This document shows positions 49,294-62,190 of a DNA stretch of 64,000 bases, in pieces; positions within the stretch are counted from its first letter, which is position 1; each line of letters begins with the position of its first letter. Position numbers and translations under genes: made by a program. Origin of the DNA: Antedon mediterranea (Eukaryota > Animalia > Echinodermata); contig NC_092673.1 of assembly GCF_964355755.1 (NCBI RefSeq), positions 24,115,648-24,179,647 on the forward strand. Reading direction: 5' to 3'. A model generated the notes under the pieces. It saw nothing but the letters and a program-made list of their open reading frames with translations. It was not told the origin of the DNA and did no database searches.

Positions 49294-50146
49294 ACTGCGG
49301 CTTACAGGAGTGTCACGTCGAAGACATTACTAGATGTCCCTAATGTGTTTTGCATATATCAATTATTTTGCACATAAATCTGTAACAATAAAAATGCACC
49401 GTTAAATAAAATATAAAGTATTCTAAACACTCATCGTATAGTTATATAATAGTTTTTTTCTTATAATAGGCTTACCATAGTTTTCTGTTCTTGTTGAAAT
49501 TGTTGAGGTAGACAACTGAAATACCAATACTAAATAAAATGACACAATTACAAGTGTAATCAAGCGATAAGTTTAACTGTACTGTATATCATGCAAACTA
49601 TAATAGCAATTGCTTGGAGTAGATTATATTTAAAAGCCTACCATGGTTCTTCTTTTGTTGCGTGCTGTATTTTTAAACAAAAGTCAAAAGTTGCCCAGTG
49701 GACCGATACAGTAAAATCATTGATGCGGTCACTTTAATTGTAAGAAAAATAGTTTAAGTCTCTATTTTTAGTTGAGGGCGTACTGTTCGACCATCACATA
49801 TATAAATATATATAAAATAGAAATAAGTGACTGAATTTTAATATCCTTTCGTATTTTAATACACTTTGCTCAATTGAACCCTATTTGGAGCCAGGGGAGC
49901 ACAGTGATATAAAATAGAAATAAGTCACTGAATTTTAATATCTTTTCGTATGTTAATACACTGTGCTCAAGTGGACCCAACTTGGAGCCAGTGGAGCACA
50001 GTGATAAAAAATAGAAATAAGTGACTGAATTTTAATATCTTTTCGTATTAAAGCATATTTGAATACCTACCGGTATGGTACCATACATGTTCGACAATAC
50101 AGTGTCACATATCTCTATTAAAAAAAAAACAATATTTAAAAAAAAA

Positions 50147-50214
50147 GATCCGTCGAGGTTCGAACCCCAGCCGATAGCACTCAAAACTGAGCATTACCCG
50201 TTACGCCACCAAGT
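50147..50214 (-). pseudogene. Degenerate tRNA-like Pol III unit
   Basis: Minus strand: A box TGGCGTAACGG, B box GGTTCGAACC, followed by a T-run. Confidence 0.5.
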
Positions 50215-50309
50215 TCATGACTAAAAAGCTGATAATAGTCTATTTATACGTGTATTACGTAATTGATCATTACGTCATAAATATCCTATTAACCTTGCTA
50301 AAACCAAAA

Positions 50310-50562
50310 TGATCAGTTAGCTCAGTCGTCTGAGCGTCGTGTTAACAACACGTATGTCGTGGGTTCGATTCCCACGCTGGTCGGTGGAATAGAGTTAAGG
50401 CTATGCGAGCCACTGTGTTTGGGGTTCACAGATAATACGTCCCCCTTTCCACCACACATCATGAGGCGACAACATCAATGCATCTGGTGATGTGGTGGAA
50501 ACGACCCCAAAAGGCTGTGGCAGGGCCTTAGTCCTGAGGCAGGGAGAGCACATTTACCATCT
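50310..50562 (+). mobile_element. tRNA-derived SINE with a near-intact cloverleaf head
   Basis: Head 50310-50382 GATCAGTTAGCTCAGTCG..GAGCG..GGTTCGATTCCCACGCTGGTC with A and B boxes. No CCA or T-run follows; instead a body with a hairpin, ending ATTTACCAT. Confidence 0.7.
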
Positions 50563-53189
50563 TTTTTCTTTGGCTCTCGCAAACTGCTTTGGTGGTTTAA
50601 ATTTTATGTTTAGCGCCCTCAATTTATTTTAATGTAAAAAAAAGAGAATTAATTCTCTTCGTTGCATGTTTAGAAGAGAATTAATTTTATCTCATCGTAG
50701 TTAGGTATGCCGTGAGTTTGTTATGCAAATGAGTGTGCACATGTGCTGTGGGAAAGATGGTATTGTTAGTCATTCGTGATCAACACACAACACTGTTCAA
50801 TTTTTATTTTGTTAATCTTTTACATTAGAATTGTAATTCTACCATTACACATTATAGTGTACTTTTAAAAATCCGTTTCATGCAAGATATTGTATTGTAG
50901 GCCTACTAATATGTTGTGAATAAAAGTTTATGGTAGAATAAATAAATAAATATGTTTTAAGCAGATCTTAGAAATTGAAGCTTAATTATGAAGTCCAGTT
51001 TTTTAAAACCCAACCGTAAATTCGCATCTGGATAGTTGAAATTTAACATTATAATTATCAAAGGTGATATGATAAATCAATTGTTTTCTAAATCATAGAA
51101 ATATTAAAATTAGTAAGTAGGCTTTTGTGTGCTAGCTCTGTTTGTATTTCATAATTTTGTTTTGTTGAATTACCGTCACGGCCGCGTGCATTGCATGTCT
51201 CACACTTGGGAAACAATCACCGTTGTATGACTGGTCCTGAAGACTTTTATATTTCGTTTCATAATTTCCGGGGACTCAGCTTTCATTCTTAGCTCTGCCC
51301 TAACCATGGTGACTTAATATTTAATTTCATATTTCAATATATATTTTGTTTCAAAATACTATAGGTGTCATTTCTGGGGACCTTGTAGCTATTTTAAACA
51401 GTTTGGTAAGCCCTGCGTTGTTATGCAAATGAGTTTGTGCAGGTGTAATGGGGAAGATGGTATTGTTAGTCCTACGCGGTGAACACGCCACAAAATTAAA
51501 TTTAAAAGTTAAATTTTGATTTTGTTAATCTTAATTAGAAATTTAAATCATGTAAAGATACAATTTTCCGGGCGGGAATCTAGAAACTCCCCTCCTTTAG
51601 TTTACAAAAGTAATCTTGAAAAGAACCCCATGTGGAAAAGAAGCTTATCCGTTGAAAAGAAGCCACCGTACCCAAGAGTACTAAAAAATGAGGAACATTC
51701 GGGGTTTTATGGTGTCTATTTAATGGAAAAATGAATGCCATACACTTGTGTTTATGATTTAAGGTCCACTTGCCTAGGTCTGACATTTTCAACCCTCCAA
51801 ATATCTCTCTTTCAACAAAAAAAAACAATATTCATAAACAAAAATATCCGTAGAGGTTCGAACCCCTAGCGAAATGTTCAATTCTGTATAGTAGTTGGAG
51901 TGTATGGCCGCACCGTCCCAGAATAAACATGTTTTAAACAGATAGTCTCCGATGGTTTTTGTATGGGGTTAATGGAGAGTGAAATAAGATCAAATATAGA
52001 AAATTTGCCAAGATGCCGATTTCCAGATCAATTTCGAAGCTAATTCCGCTAGACTATAGGCATATACGAAGTCGAGTTTTTAAAGTAGAAAACCCCACCT
52101 AAAATGTTGAATCTGGATAGTTGAAATTTTAACATTATCATAATTATCATAGGTGACTATGTATAATAAGTATAAGTAAGTGCATTTCTGGGCTCTATTT
52201 TCATTGCTCTGCCTTAACCATGGATGGGCTAGTAGAGACTTAATATTTAATTTTATATTTCAATGAATAGGTGCACTTTCCGGGGACAAGGTCATATACT
52301 GTCCTGGTGAGTCTTATTTAGTTTGTTTCATTCAAATCATGTAACGCCATTTTTTCGGGCGGGAACCTACTGTATACAGCTCTTTTTTTCAAAATAGTCT
52401 TTGCTCAGCCCCAAGCATGGTGGGGTACTGAAGATTCTTATGCATGAAAACATAATAGATGTCTTTTTCGGGTACCTTGTAGCTCTATTTTAAACAGTTT
52501 GGTATGTGCGTGCGTTGTTATGCAAATGAGTCTGTGCAGGGGTATTATGGTAAAGATGGTATGTTAGTCATTCGCGATCAACACGCCAGACTGTTAAATT
52601 TTGATGCTGTTAATTATTTACATTAGAAGATTTTTCAAATCATGTAAATAAAATATTTTCGGTGCGGGAAGTTAGCAGTTCCCCTCGTTTAGTTTGCAAA
52701 AGTAATCTCGAAAAGAACTCCATGTGGAAAAGAAACCCACCCAAGAATATTATAAATGAAGAGGTACATAGGCTTCTATTCGAGGTTTTATGGCAGTCTA
52801 TTTAATGGAAAATAATGCCATGCAACTTTGTTGTTCCACTTGACATTTACAATCCTCAAAATATCTCTCTTTCAAAATAAAAGAAAAACAATATTCATTA
52901 TTTTCCATTAAAAAAAATTCACTGGCGCCAAATTGGGTCCACTTGAGCACAGTGTATTAACATACTAAACGATTGAAACTTGAGTGACTTTATTTCTATT
53001 TTATATCACTGCTCCCCTGGTACCAAATTGTGTCCACTTGAGCACAGTGTTTTATACGAAAAGATATTAAAATTTAGTGACTTTATTTCTATTTTATATC
53101 ACTGTGATCCACTGGGGCAAAATTGGGTCCACTTGAGCACAGTGTATTAACATACGAAAAGATAAATTTAGTAACTTTATTTCTATTTT

Positions 53190-53690
53190 ATTTTTTTTTA
53201 TTAAACCTTATTTTGTGAGGGTGACCCTAAACAGCATATGCAGACAGTCAAAAACATATATGAAAAAACGGATGAACTATGTTCAAAAATATAAAAATAT
53301 ATAATATAATATGTACTTAAATACAAAAATATAGCCTACAATACTATACAAAACGTTGAGTTTTTTTCTTTTGGGATTAAATATATTTTTAGAGCAGACT
53401 TAAAATTATTTATTGTTACCGCATTTCTTAGTTTGGTGGGTAGCAAATTTAGGTATGTTAGTGCTCTATAGATGAAGCTGTTCTTAAAAGTTTCAGTTTT
53501 AGGGAAAGGGACGACACTTCGGGTACATCGATGATTTGGAATTCTGGCAAGACGCAGGGCAAGGTATTCCGGAGCAAGACCATTTGCAGACCTGTAGGCA
53601 AGGCAGCCCAGTTGTAGATGCATCATGCGATTGTATTGTAGGACTGTATGAAGATTTAAGGTGTTGTAAATGTTAGTTCATGGTGTGAGA
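53190..53690 (-). mobile_element. 3' fragment of a non-LTR retrotransposon (CR1/L2-group ORF2 C-terminus)
   Basis: ORF 53336-53626 LAYRSANGLAPEYL...FKNSFIYRALTYLNLLP..LRNAVTINNFKSALK is typical of the post-RT tail, followed by a short 3' UTR and an A-rich end. Confidence 0.75.
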
Positions 53691-54989
53691 GGATGAGCTT
53701 TAAGGATAATGCGAAGTGCTCTATTTTGAATGGTCTGTATTCGGTCAATATTCAATCTGATTCCCCAAACACTACATCAATAGTAAATGTGTGGGAGGAT
53801 TATAGTTTTATAGAGGAGTATGGATGTGTGTTTATTAATGAAATGACCAAACACGCGATAAGATGGAGATGGACAAGCTCAGTTTGGAACGGAGTTTATT
53901 TACATGAAAAGAAAAAGATAAATTTGAATCAATGTGAATGCCAAGATGTTTCTGTTTGTCAGTTTGTGATATGGGTATATACAAAACGATATTAAAAGTA
54001 GTGCATTTTATTTCTATTTGATATCACTGTGCTACCTTGGTGCTAAATTGAGTCCACTTGAGCAGTACCGTGGTACTATTTCTATTATTGAAGTTAATAA
54101 AGGCATAAATGGCGCTCCTTTGAGAAGTAGAGAATGCTCCAGTCGTCAGAATGACGCTCTGAATATACCTCCATGAGAGACTAGAACGTTTGTATTGTAT
54201 TAGGTAGAGAAATTAAACTTTTGATCTCAACACGAAATGTTTGTAATAGTTTTTTGTATCAGTGTTTGAGCATAATTTGGAAAAGACGATTCTAACTATA
54301 ATACACAAGATAATAATATAATAATAATACACAAAGAAGACATTACACCTGTTTGGTTTGTTGTGCATGTAATTATAACAAATAATGAAATCATTCAGCC
54401 AACGTGCTAATTCCATAGCAAGCAATAATAACACATTCCCAATGGGACTGTAAAGTTACCACATCAGTAGAATAGGGTTACCGCACCTGGGAGTATGTAC
54501 ATAATGCGCTTGCATGCATCATTGTGAACTGTATATAAATCGACCTATAGGTTTAGATGCATTCTACCTCCACAACATGTGAGCAGTTTATTCTGAACTG
54601 ACTGTAAGCAGCTTCCTCAAATCTACGGTGAGTACCAGTACTTAAGTGTTTGTTTTTTTAAATTATTGAATAAGAGCGATATTGAGTTTAGACAATTAAC
54701 AATATAGGCCTGCACGGCTATAGACATGTTTATGATTGCTCACATGAACGTAACATAATACGGATGTGTAGACCTGGTGGTACAGATACAGTAGTAGCCA
54801 CATAGAGATACGTTCGCAACATGCATCCTGATGACGAAAAACTGTGAATTTTCAATATTACGATCCAAATTCATAAGTGCTGTCGTATTTGTTACCTTAG
54901 ACAAGTTAAATCGGGATTAGTTTCTTGTATAGAGACTATATAAAATAAATGAGCGGGTATTATACTTAGTCAACATCGGCGAAAGTTTG

Positions 54990-55175
54990 AAGTTCACGCG
55001 CTCCTCCTCGGAAAAGATACAGTGAACACATCTAGCTCATGCGCACTTTAATGAACCTAGTACATCTTTCGAGACGAGTAAGGGGTTACCCCGGTGTACT
55101 AGTACCTCACAGCCACTGATCATAACTGGGACCTCTGGTAGACCAGTCTTTGACTGAGGAGGTCGGTACAAATAA
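54990..55175 (+). mobile_element. Degenerate V/Meta-domain-type SINE fragment
   Basis: CTCGGA.AAGA...TCGAGACGAGTAAGGGGTTACCCCGGTGTACT, similar to the core of the SINE at 61120-61467. Confidence 0.5.
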
Positions 55176-55852
55176 TTATAAACAATATGATAATTGAAAA
55201 CGATGTGATGTCGTTTTTTAAAGTTGTTCATAATAGCAAATCGTAATAACCAAAATATCGTTTTCGTCATCGATCATCTTTAATATTATTTAATGTAATG
55301 ACTGGATGCTCTTATGACATCTGTAAATTTAATTTAATGGTGAGCTATAATACCGTAATACATTACCTTTTTACGTGACTATCTAATTATCAAAAAAATA
55401 GGATGTTAAAATACTATGCTAAATTAAAAGTAGAGTTGTTTTACAATAATCCGAATATTTTTAAATGTATACTTTTAACGTATTAACGGACCTTCATGGT
55501 TTTATTAACACATGATGTATATTACTTTGATACACTTATGGGGATCCGATATATATTCTGTAATGCTATAATGACCACATGCGATGATTGACCTATTTAT
55601 CAAAGTCAATGACAAATTAGTGTTAATCAATACGTATGACTGATATTGTCTGGTTTATTAAAGAAAATGATTTGAGTTCCAGAAATAAATTTATTAAATA
55701 TTATATATAATTTCAATACCGAACTATTAATTTTAAAACATTATTATTTCTTATACTGAATTAATCCAGTTCTACTTCTAGCCTACTTTGCACTGTATTG
55801 ATCACAACAAAGATTCGAACCAAAGCCTTTAACATGACACTGTGTAATATAA

Positions 55853-56002
55853 AGCCTTGTTTACACTATCAAACTTTCTGTGACGAAAAATGGGATGGAC
55901 ATGATGATGTCATATCACTACCATATTTGGGCATATCACTACCATTATTTGGGCACATCACAGTTTGTTTTGTCAAACTAGTTTGATAGTGTAGACAGAG
56001 CT
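55853..56002. mobile_element. MITE family A copy
   Basis: Family TIRs with TAA/TTA flanks. Confidence 0.8.
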
Positions 56003-56076
56003 TTAGTCTGTACTTATTAATGAATGCGAAATGCATCAGTCGATTAATGTTTGAGTGTGTACCATACCTAATACAC

Positions 56077-56203
56077 TAGTCTGGGCTCCAGATGGAGTTT
56101 TGTCTTAATATTAGTAAAAGGATAAATATCTTTGCACATATGGCGTTTCATACGTGTGGAATAACATAAAAAAGACAATAAATACAGACTTGGAGCAAGT
56201 CTA
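56077..56203 (+). mobile_element. Family H element (short copy)
   Basis: Same termini; flanks CTAATACAC / TTAATACAT. Confidence 0.7.
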
Positions 56204-56426
56204 TTAATACATGTATGATAGTGCAACTTGAATACAATATTTTATCAGCTAAAGCTTGGTTCCCACTAGAACGTAACGCAAGGACGTAAACGCAACGTAA
56301 GCGTGTTGACCAATGACAATCGAAGTTATAGACAGTTAGCAATCACAAGCGAATAAGCCATCGCTTGTGATTGGTCAATTCACTAGCGTTGCGTTACGTC
56401 CTTGCGTTGCGTCGCTAGTGAGAACC

Positions 56427-57388
56427 TAGTCTGGGTTCCAGACGGAGTTTTGTCTTAATATTAGTTAAAAGATAAATATTTTGGCACAGATGGCGTTTCA
56501 TACGTATACTACTTGATTTTGGATACTCCGTCTGGGGAAACACGCACAAGTCACGTGGTTTGACACCAAGAATTCTTGGTGCATACGATTATCCGGTTGA
56601 CTAGTTTCAGCTGCATGCGATTGGCTACTCACTCGTACAATGTGTAAATATTCATATTTCAGAATTTCAAAGACTCAACAACTAAGATGATGCGCATGCG
56701 CTATGTTACGTTTAGACAATGTGTACTTGGGTACATTATGAAAGTTCTGAAGGCTAGAAATTATTTTATATGCCTAGTAGTCTGGTAAACATTTGATGGG
56801 ATCTTTGAAACATGAAAACTCGTCTTGATATATGATAGGCTAGCTTCTCCGCAAATCAAACATTGAATGGATCATTTATTACGCGGAGATAATTTTGATT
56901 TAATTCCCACCGAGACCCTGTCCTGTTCTGTGTGGTGGTGTAGCCCTGTTGTGTGCCGGTGGTATGGATATGTATGTAGGCCTACTTCATTGGCGTTTTA
57001 TTTGGCAGGTCATACGTGCGAGTTGAGTAGGACCTACGAAAGAGGCCTAGCCAAGGACTAAACAATTAATAAACAAAACAACTTGGCATTACTATTTTAT
57101 ATTTCAACAGTCTCGATCGTACATTAAGCACTGGTAGGCCTACGTACTCGATCTCTTTCATTTTGAAACAAAATGATCATTGGTTGATTCGAAATCCATA
57201 TTTACATACCGCCCGCCCCATATAGCCAAATACGGTATGATAACCTACGTCATTCTTATCGTATGTTTGCGGTCTGCAAATCGATTTCTATACGTGTTTC
57301 ACAAGTCTGTATTTTCAGACAAAAATCCCGGTCGAAATAAAAACAAATAAATAAAAAAAAAAGATAATACAGACTTGGGGCAAGTCTA
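56427..57388 (+). mobile_element. Family H element (long copy) nested in a family B MITE TIR
   Basis: Same termini with a perfect 9-bp TSD GTGAGAACC; the host TIR resumes after 57388. Confidence 0.8.
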
Positions 57389-60300
57389 GTGAGAACCACG
57401 CTTTACAGGGAGACTAATGTTCCCTCTTACCTTCCATTTTATATCTTTATCTTTACATTTAAGTATTTTAGTCATTTATGTAAATCTAAAATTGAACCAC
57501 TAAAACCATAAGAAACGCGTGCGCAAGAAATACCGATATCGTTGTCTCATAAATAAAAGTAATTAAAACTCAATCAATGTGGAAAGAGCTAGGCCTAATT
57601 ATCAAACTAATTGGAAAGACTGTGCTATATAAATATTGAAATACATTCAGCCACATGCATTCACAATATTTAGAAAACAATTTAAAAAGTAATTAAAAGC
57701 CGATCGGAAAAAGCTAATTGATAAACTAATTAAAAAGACCGTGTTTTGAATTTTAAACATATTAGTCATCGTAAATTCGGCTTTATTGGCTTTATATATA
57801 GGATTACGCCTCAGTATAGATAAGATGACAATTCGCCTATTATACCCACACGTGTTCATACAACAGCCGCCTCTAACATATTTCTATGCCATCATTAACG
57901 AAATTGTTAATGTTATGATTCAAAATTTCAACTCATGGGTTAAAAGCAAGTTCAAATTGTGTCATCAGATGATTGGAACCATAAATTACATTTGAACATA
58001 TCGTTTAGAAATATATCTATATATCTACTAGCATGCGATTGGCGAACGAAATAATCAAACGTTGGCTAAATTCAATTACTGATTATTAATTATTTCCAGC
58101 CTATCGAGATACATGGTTGCACACATATCTGTTGATATAGGCTAAATTTGAACACTGTGGTTAAAACAAGACTATTTTGGTACGTTGTAGAAACTTCTTA
58201 TGACAAATCAGAGTCTTATGATAAGGTGAGTTTAGGAAATTCAACAGACACATGAAAAGTGGTAAGTTAGCTATCTATTAGGTATTTGCTAAAATATCAT
58301 AACTTTCTTTTCATCTTTCAAGTAAAATGTAATAATAATCCTTAAAAAACACGTCCCGATTTGAATGTGTAATATGTTTTGTATCAAAATACAAGTTTGA
58401 AACTTGGAAATTTATAAAATCTGGACTATAAAATGGTCTTCATACCCAAATGAAGATTCTCTGTTTTCTGCCTCCGTTAGAACACAAATAGGTTAATAAT
58501 ATTGGGGCCGGTACTTGTAATAGAATAGACTTAACGTTTAAATTTGAATTGGTATACATATCATTAATTTATTGTTTAAATGTAAATAGGATCACCCCAG
58601 GTCGAGTTAAGCTTACACTGAGCATTGCAGGGAACATAAAATGATGACTGAGATAAAGATGTAGAAAAGCAAGAACTAAAAATGTTTTGTACAGTAGAAA
58701 ACCTCCTTTGGGAATACTATTTCTATTCAGGAGACACGTGATTGTATGGGTCCCAACCGGGTCTCCTTAACAGGGGTTCAACTGATTCAATTTCCCACAA
58801 CCGTATTACAATTATGAGGTTTTCGACCTGCTAAACCTAAGTGTTGATTATAGATTAATCTAAAAGTTTTGAGATTTGTTTTATGTTTTAATAATCCCGG
58901 ATTTACCTATATGTTAAAAAAAAACTTTATTGGTCATTGTGTTTAAAACCTACTAATCGAATGAATGACCGATTTATCTTAATTGGTAACATACAGAATG
59001 TATCATCCAAATTATAAGTTGATATTCTATAGTAATGATCGTCTCCGAATAACCTTTATAAAAAAAACACCAACAAGTAGTTAACATAAATAAACAATGA
59101 ATTAAGGTAGATTTAGACCTAAAGGATTGAGACATTTATTTTCTAAGTTATAATTACTATTTTTACTGAAATTACATCCTGAATTCATACGGTATACAGA
59201 GTTTTAGCGAGTTACGTGCGAAATAAGCATAAAACGGCATCATGGAATAATTGTATTTTTTGTTGGCCTTGTGCAATAGGCTAAACATTTAAAATTGATG
59301 TAATCATACTGTATACAAATATTGAATCGTTTCTTTCACAATTAAAGATTGTTATTCTTTCAATTCATCTTTAATTTATCACGAATCATGTCAATCAACT
59401 ATATTGAAATGTATTGAAATATATCAAGTAAAAATGAATGATTTTCTGAAAAACGTGAGAGAACATAAATTATTATCTATATCTATCATTTCTTAGAAAA
59501 GCTGAATTAGTAATGATTTACATAAACGGTACACCGTAATTTAAAGGAGAAACAGTGTAGTCCTTTCTGTAAATGTAACCGTTCATTTAGACTTGCCCCA
59601 AGTCTGTAGTTATTTTGAGTCGTTTCGATGTTTACAAGCTCAAGTAGTACACGTATGAAAAGCCATATGCGCTAAAATATTTATCTTTTAACTGATATTA
59701 AGTCAAAACTACTACCGTATATTATGCCTCCTTAAGCGAGACAGTGTTTTATTTTCGGAGAAAGCGAATAACTTTATCAGAATTACTGTACGATTCAAAG
59801 TTTAATTTTGTTCATCTTTAGGCCTATTCGTTATATGTTTTGTGAGACAATACATCTTTATTTAATTAATTAAAGCCACAATGTTTAATTGAGATTCAAT
59901 CCACTGAGCCACAAAGACTACGATTCTAGCAATAAAGACAACAAGGGCAGGTTCCAAAAAAGGCGGCATATTCGCATTGAGCACTACCGTATTTCACTTG
60001 AACATTACTGAACACTCATGGTCCATCGATTGGGGGAAGCAATTAGCCTGCCAATGCGTCGGGAATGTTTAATCCTCAATGGGATAATGTATACGATTCT
60101 AACTATTTAGAACACAAATTTCACCCCAGGCGTTGGTATTACCTCTAATTATTATATTAAATTTCAATTTAGTAGTCGATAAATTAAGGTGTTTCTAGTA
60201 ATTATTAACATAACCATATTTACAGCTCACTGAGGAAAGTAAACGTGAACGAACGTATAGCCCAAGGTTGTAATGTATATCAAAACTATATATCATATTA

Positions 60301-61119
60301 AATATTAGTTATGATAGCTTTATAATAATGCATTGACCTCCGTATGCAAATTTGAACTCGTATTATTTGTCTTACTGAAGGGGACTAACCATAATATTAA
60401 TTTAGACATAATTAATATAGTCTCTCCTTAAAAAACTAACTGTAAGTGTAAGGTTATACAGCAACACAGGGTAGTAGAGTAAAGCGTATAGCCCTACACA
60501 AAAAAAATGTAAAACTGTCACTTAGGCTAATTGTTATATTATTAGTTTCTTGTCATTCTCAGAACTCGTGAAAAGGGGAAATCTTGGAGGAGAACCAAAG
60601 ACTTTTACAAACAATTGTTATATTATAGGCCTGCGATTGCTTTTAGAGTGTATTTTTGGCAATTTCCCAAAGGGCAGGCCTCTTCTCACACGAATACCTG
60701 TGCAGGGTTACAATTCTCCGCTCAATAAAAGTTGTAGGCCTAGAAAATTATATTAAGCCAATGAGACCGCTGAACGAATTCTCTCTGGTTATGTCCGGAT
60801 TTCCCCTTTCCCTATAATTCATATTATAAGATATCCGGTATACTTTAAATTAACTCTCTCAATTTGATATATAAGATAGATAAACGTTACCAAATGTTAA
60901 CAGAATGATTCAGCCTGTTTTATCTAGCATTCCGGTCTAAATTGCCTGAGAGAGCATCATCTTCCAACACACACTCTCGGTAAGCCACTCTTTCTATTCA
61001 AGTTTTATTATTACTGTAGCGATAATTCAATGCCTACGAAAACTATATTATGAGGTGTAATAATAATACGAATAACTTTTACGCATTAGCGCCCATGTTA
61101 ATTTAATTCTTGGGTTATA

Positions 61120-61467
61120 AATTTATTTATTTATTTATTTATTGTATGTCTTTGGGCAATGTGGCCAAGGATTACCAATAGTGAATTAATCACTGTCCTA
61201 TCAGATAGGTGGTAATCCCCCTGATACAGGGGCTATTGTGTGAACCAGTTCACCGGGGTAACCCCCTACTCTTTTTCGAATAATGAACTGGGTTTCTTTA
61301 AAGTACACACAGGTTATAACTGTGTACGGTTTATAGTCCTTATCCGAGAAGACTTGTTCCACCACCAGAACTAGGAGCGAGTCGGCCTCGAACCCTTGCC
61401 GATGTTGTTGTTGGCTCTTTAGGTACGGTAAACGGCGCCCCTGCCTTAACCGCTCGGCCATATGACT
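61120..61467 (-). mobile_element. tRNA-derived SINE with a V/Meta-type central domain
   Basis: Minus: A box TGGCCGAGCGG, B box GGTTCGAG, core CTCGGATAAGGACTATAAACCG..AAAGAAACCC..TCGAAAAAGAGTAGGGGGTTACCCCGG, and an (AAAT)n tail. Confidence 0.75.
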
Positions 61468-61978
61468 CACTCATAAAGAAATATGAATTTTCTTCTTTGT
61501 ACTTTGCTCTGCTCAGTGGTATGGTATTCCAATGCATTCCCATTATGACACACCATAGGTATTATACCTCCATGGACACGCCGAGAGGAATACCGATTTA
61601 TTCCTATTAACCCCATACCAGACATTGGTCGAAATTAAAGCATTCTTATCTGACATATGAACATTGATTTCCGCAATTAAGAACCAGTATTGGTCCGTTT
61701 AAATTAAAGCATATACTTATGTGACATATAGGCCTAATAGCATTTCTGATTTCCTCCATTAATAACCAAGTATGCCTGTATCAAATAACTTTGTCTATAC
61801 GCGTGATTGAACAAGAATTAGACTGTCTTCATTGATAACGACTATTGAATTTAACATTTCGAGAGTGCACTACACTAGGAGCACTCTTTATAAGGGCACT
61901 TTCGACTCGCATTAAAATATCAAGTAAAACATTAAAACATTACAAGACTTAGAATATAAGAGACAAATATTTCAGCAG

Positions 61979-62190
61979 TTAAACGTCCGGTTTCGCTGCG
62001 TCTGTTTGTCCGTCAGGCTCTAACGTTTTCGACATCCAAACTTTCTCTTTGGTGGTGGTGTGCACATCAACCGAAACGACATCATACTGTAGGCCTACCT
62101 CTGGAGTGGGCATCAAAAATACGGGATCTTCAGTTTCCCGAATGTTATTGACTTGTAGACATGTCATTCCATGAGCACCACAGTTTCTGA
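61979..62190 (-). other. Possible terminal coding exon of an unidentified gene
   Basis: GC-richer open frame (..QVNNIRETEDPVFLMPTPEVGLQYDVVSVDVH..KPDV*) with a possible acceptor near 62190. No recognisable domain. Confidence 0.2.

Larger units (their letters stand above)
49790..54064. mobile_element. Large foldback-like composite element with tandemly repeated, inverted arms
   Basis: A unit of about 97 bp (ATATAAAATAGAAATAAGTGACTGAATTTTAATATC..TGCTCAAGTGGACCCAA..) occurs about 3 times at 49808-50050 and inverted about 4 times at 52918-53190 and 53983-54064. The interior has three diverged blocks starting TTATGCAAATGAG. Confidence 0.6.

Noticed and set aside
54200-55270. Possible exons of another gene
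   Set aside because: Splice-like sites occur on both strands, but all frames are interrupted and no motif is recognisable. Part of it is a SINE remnant.
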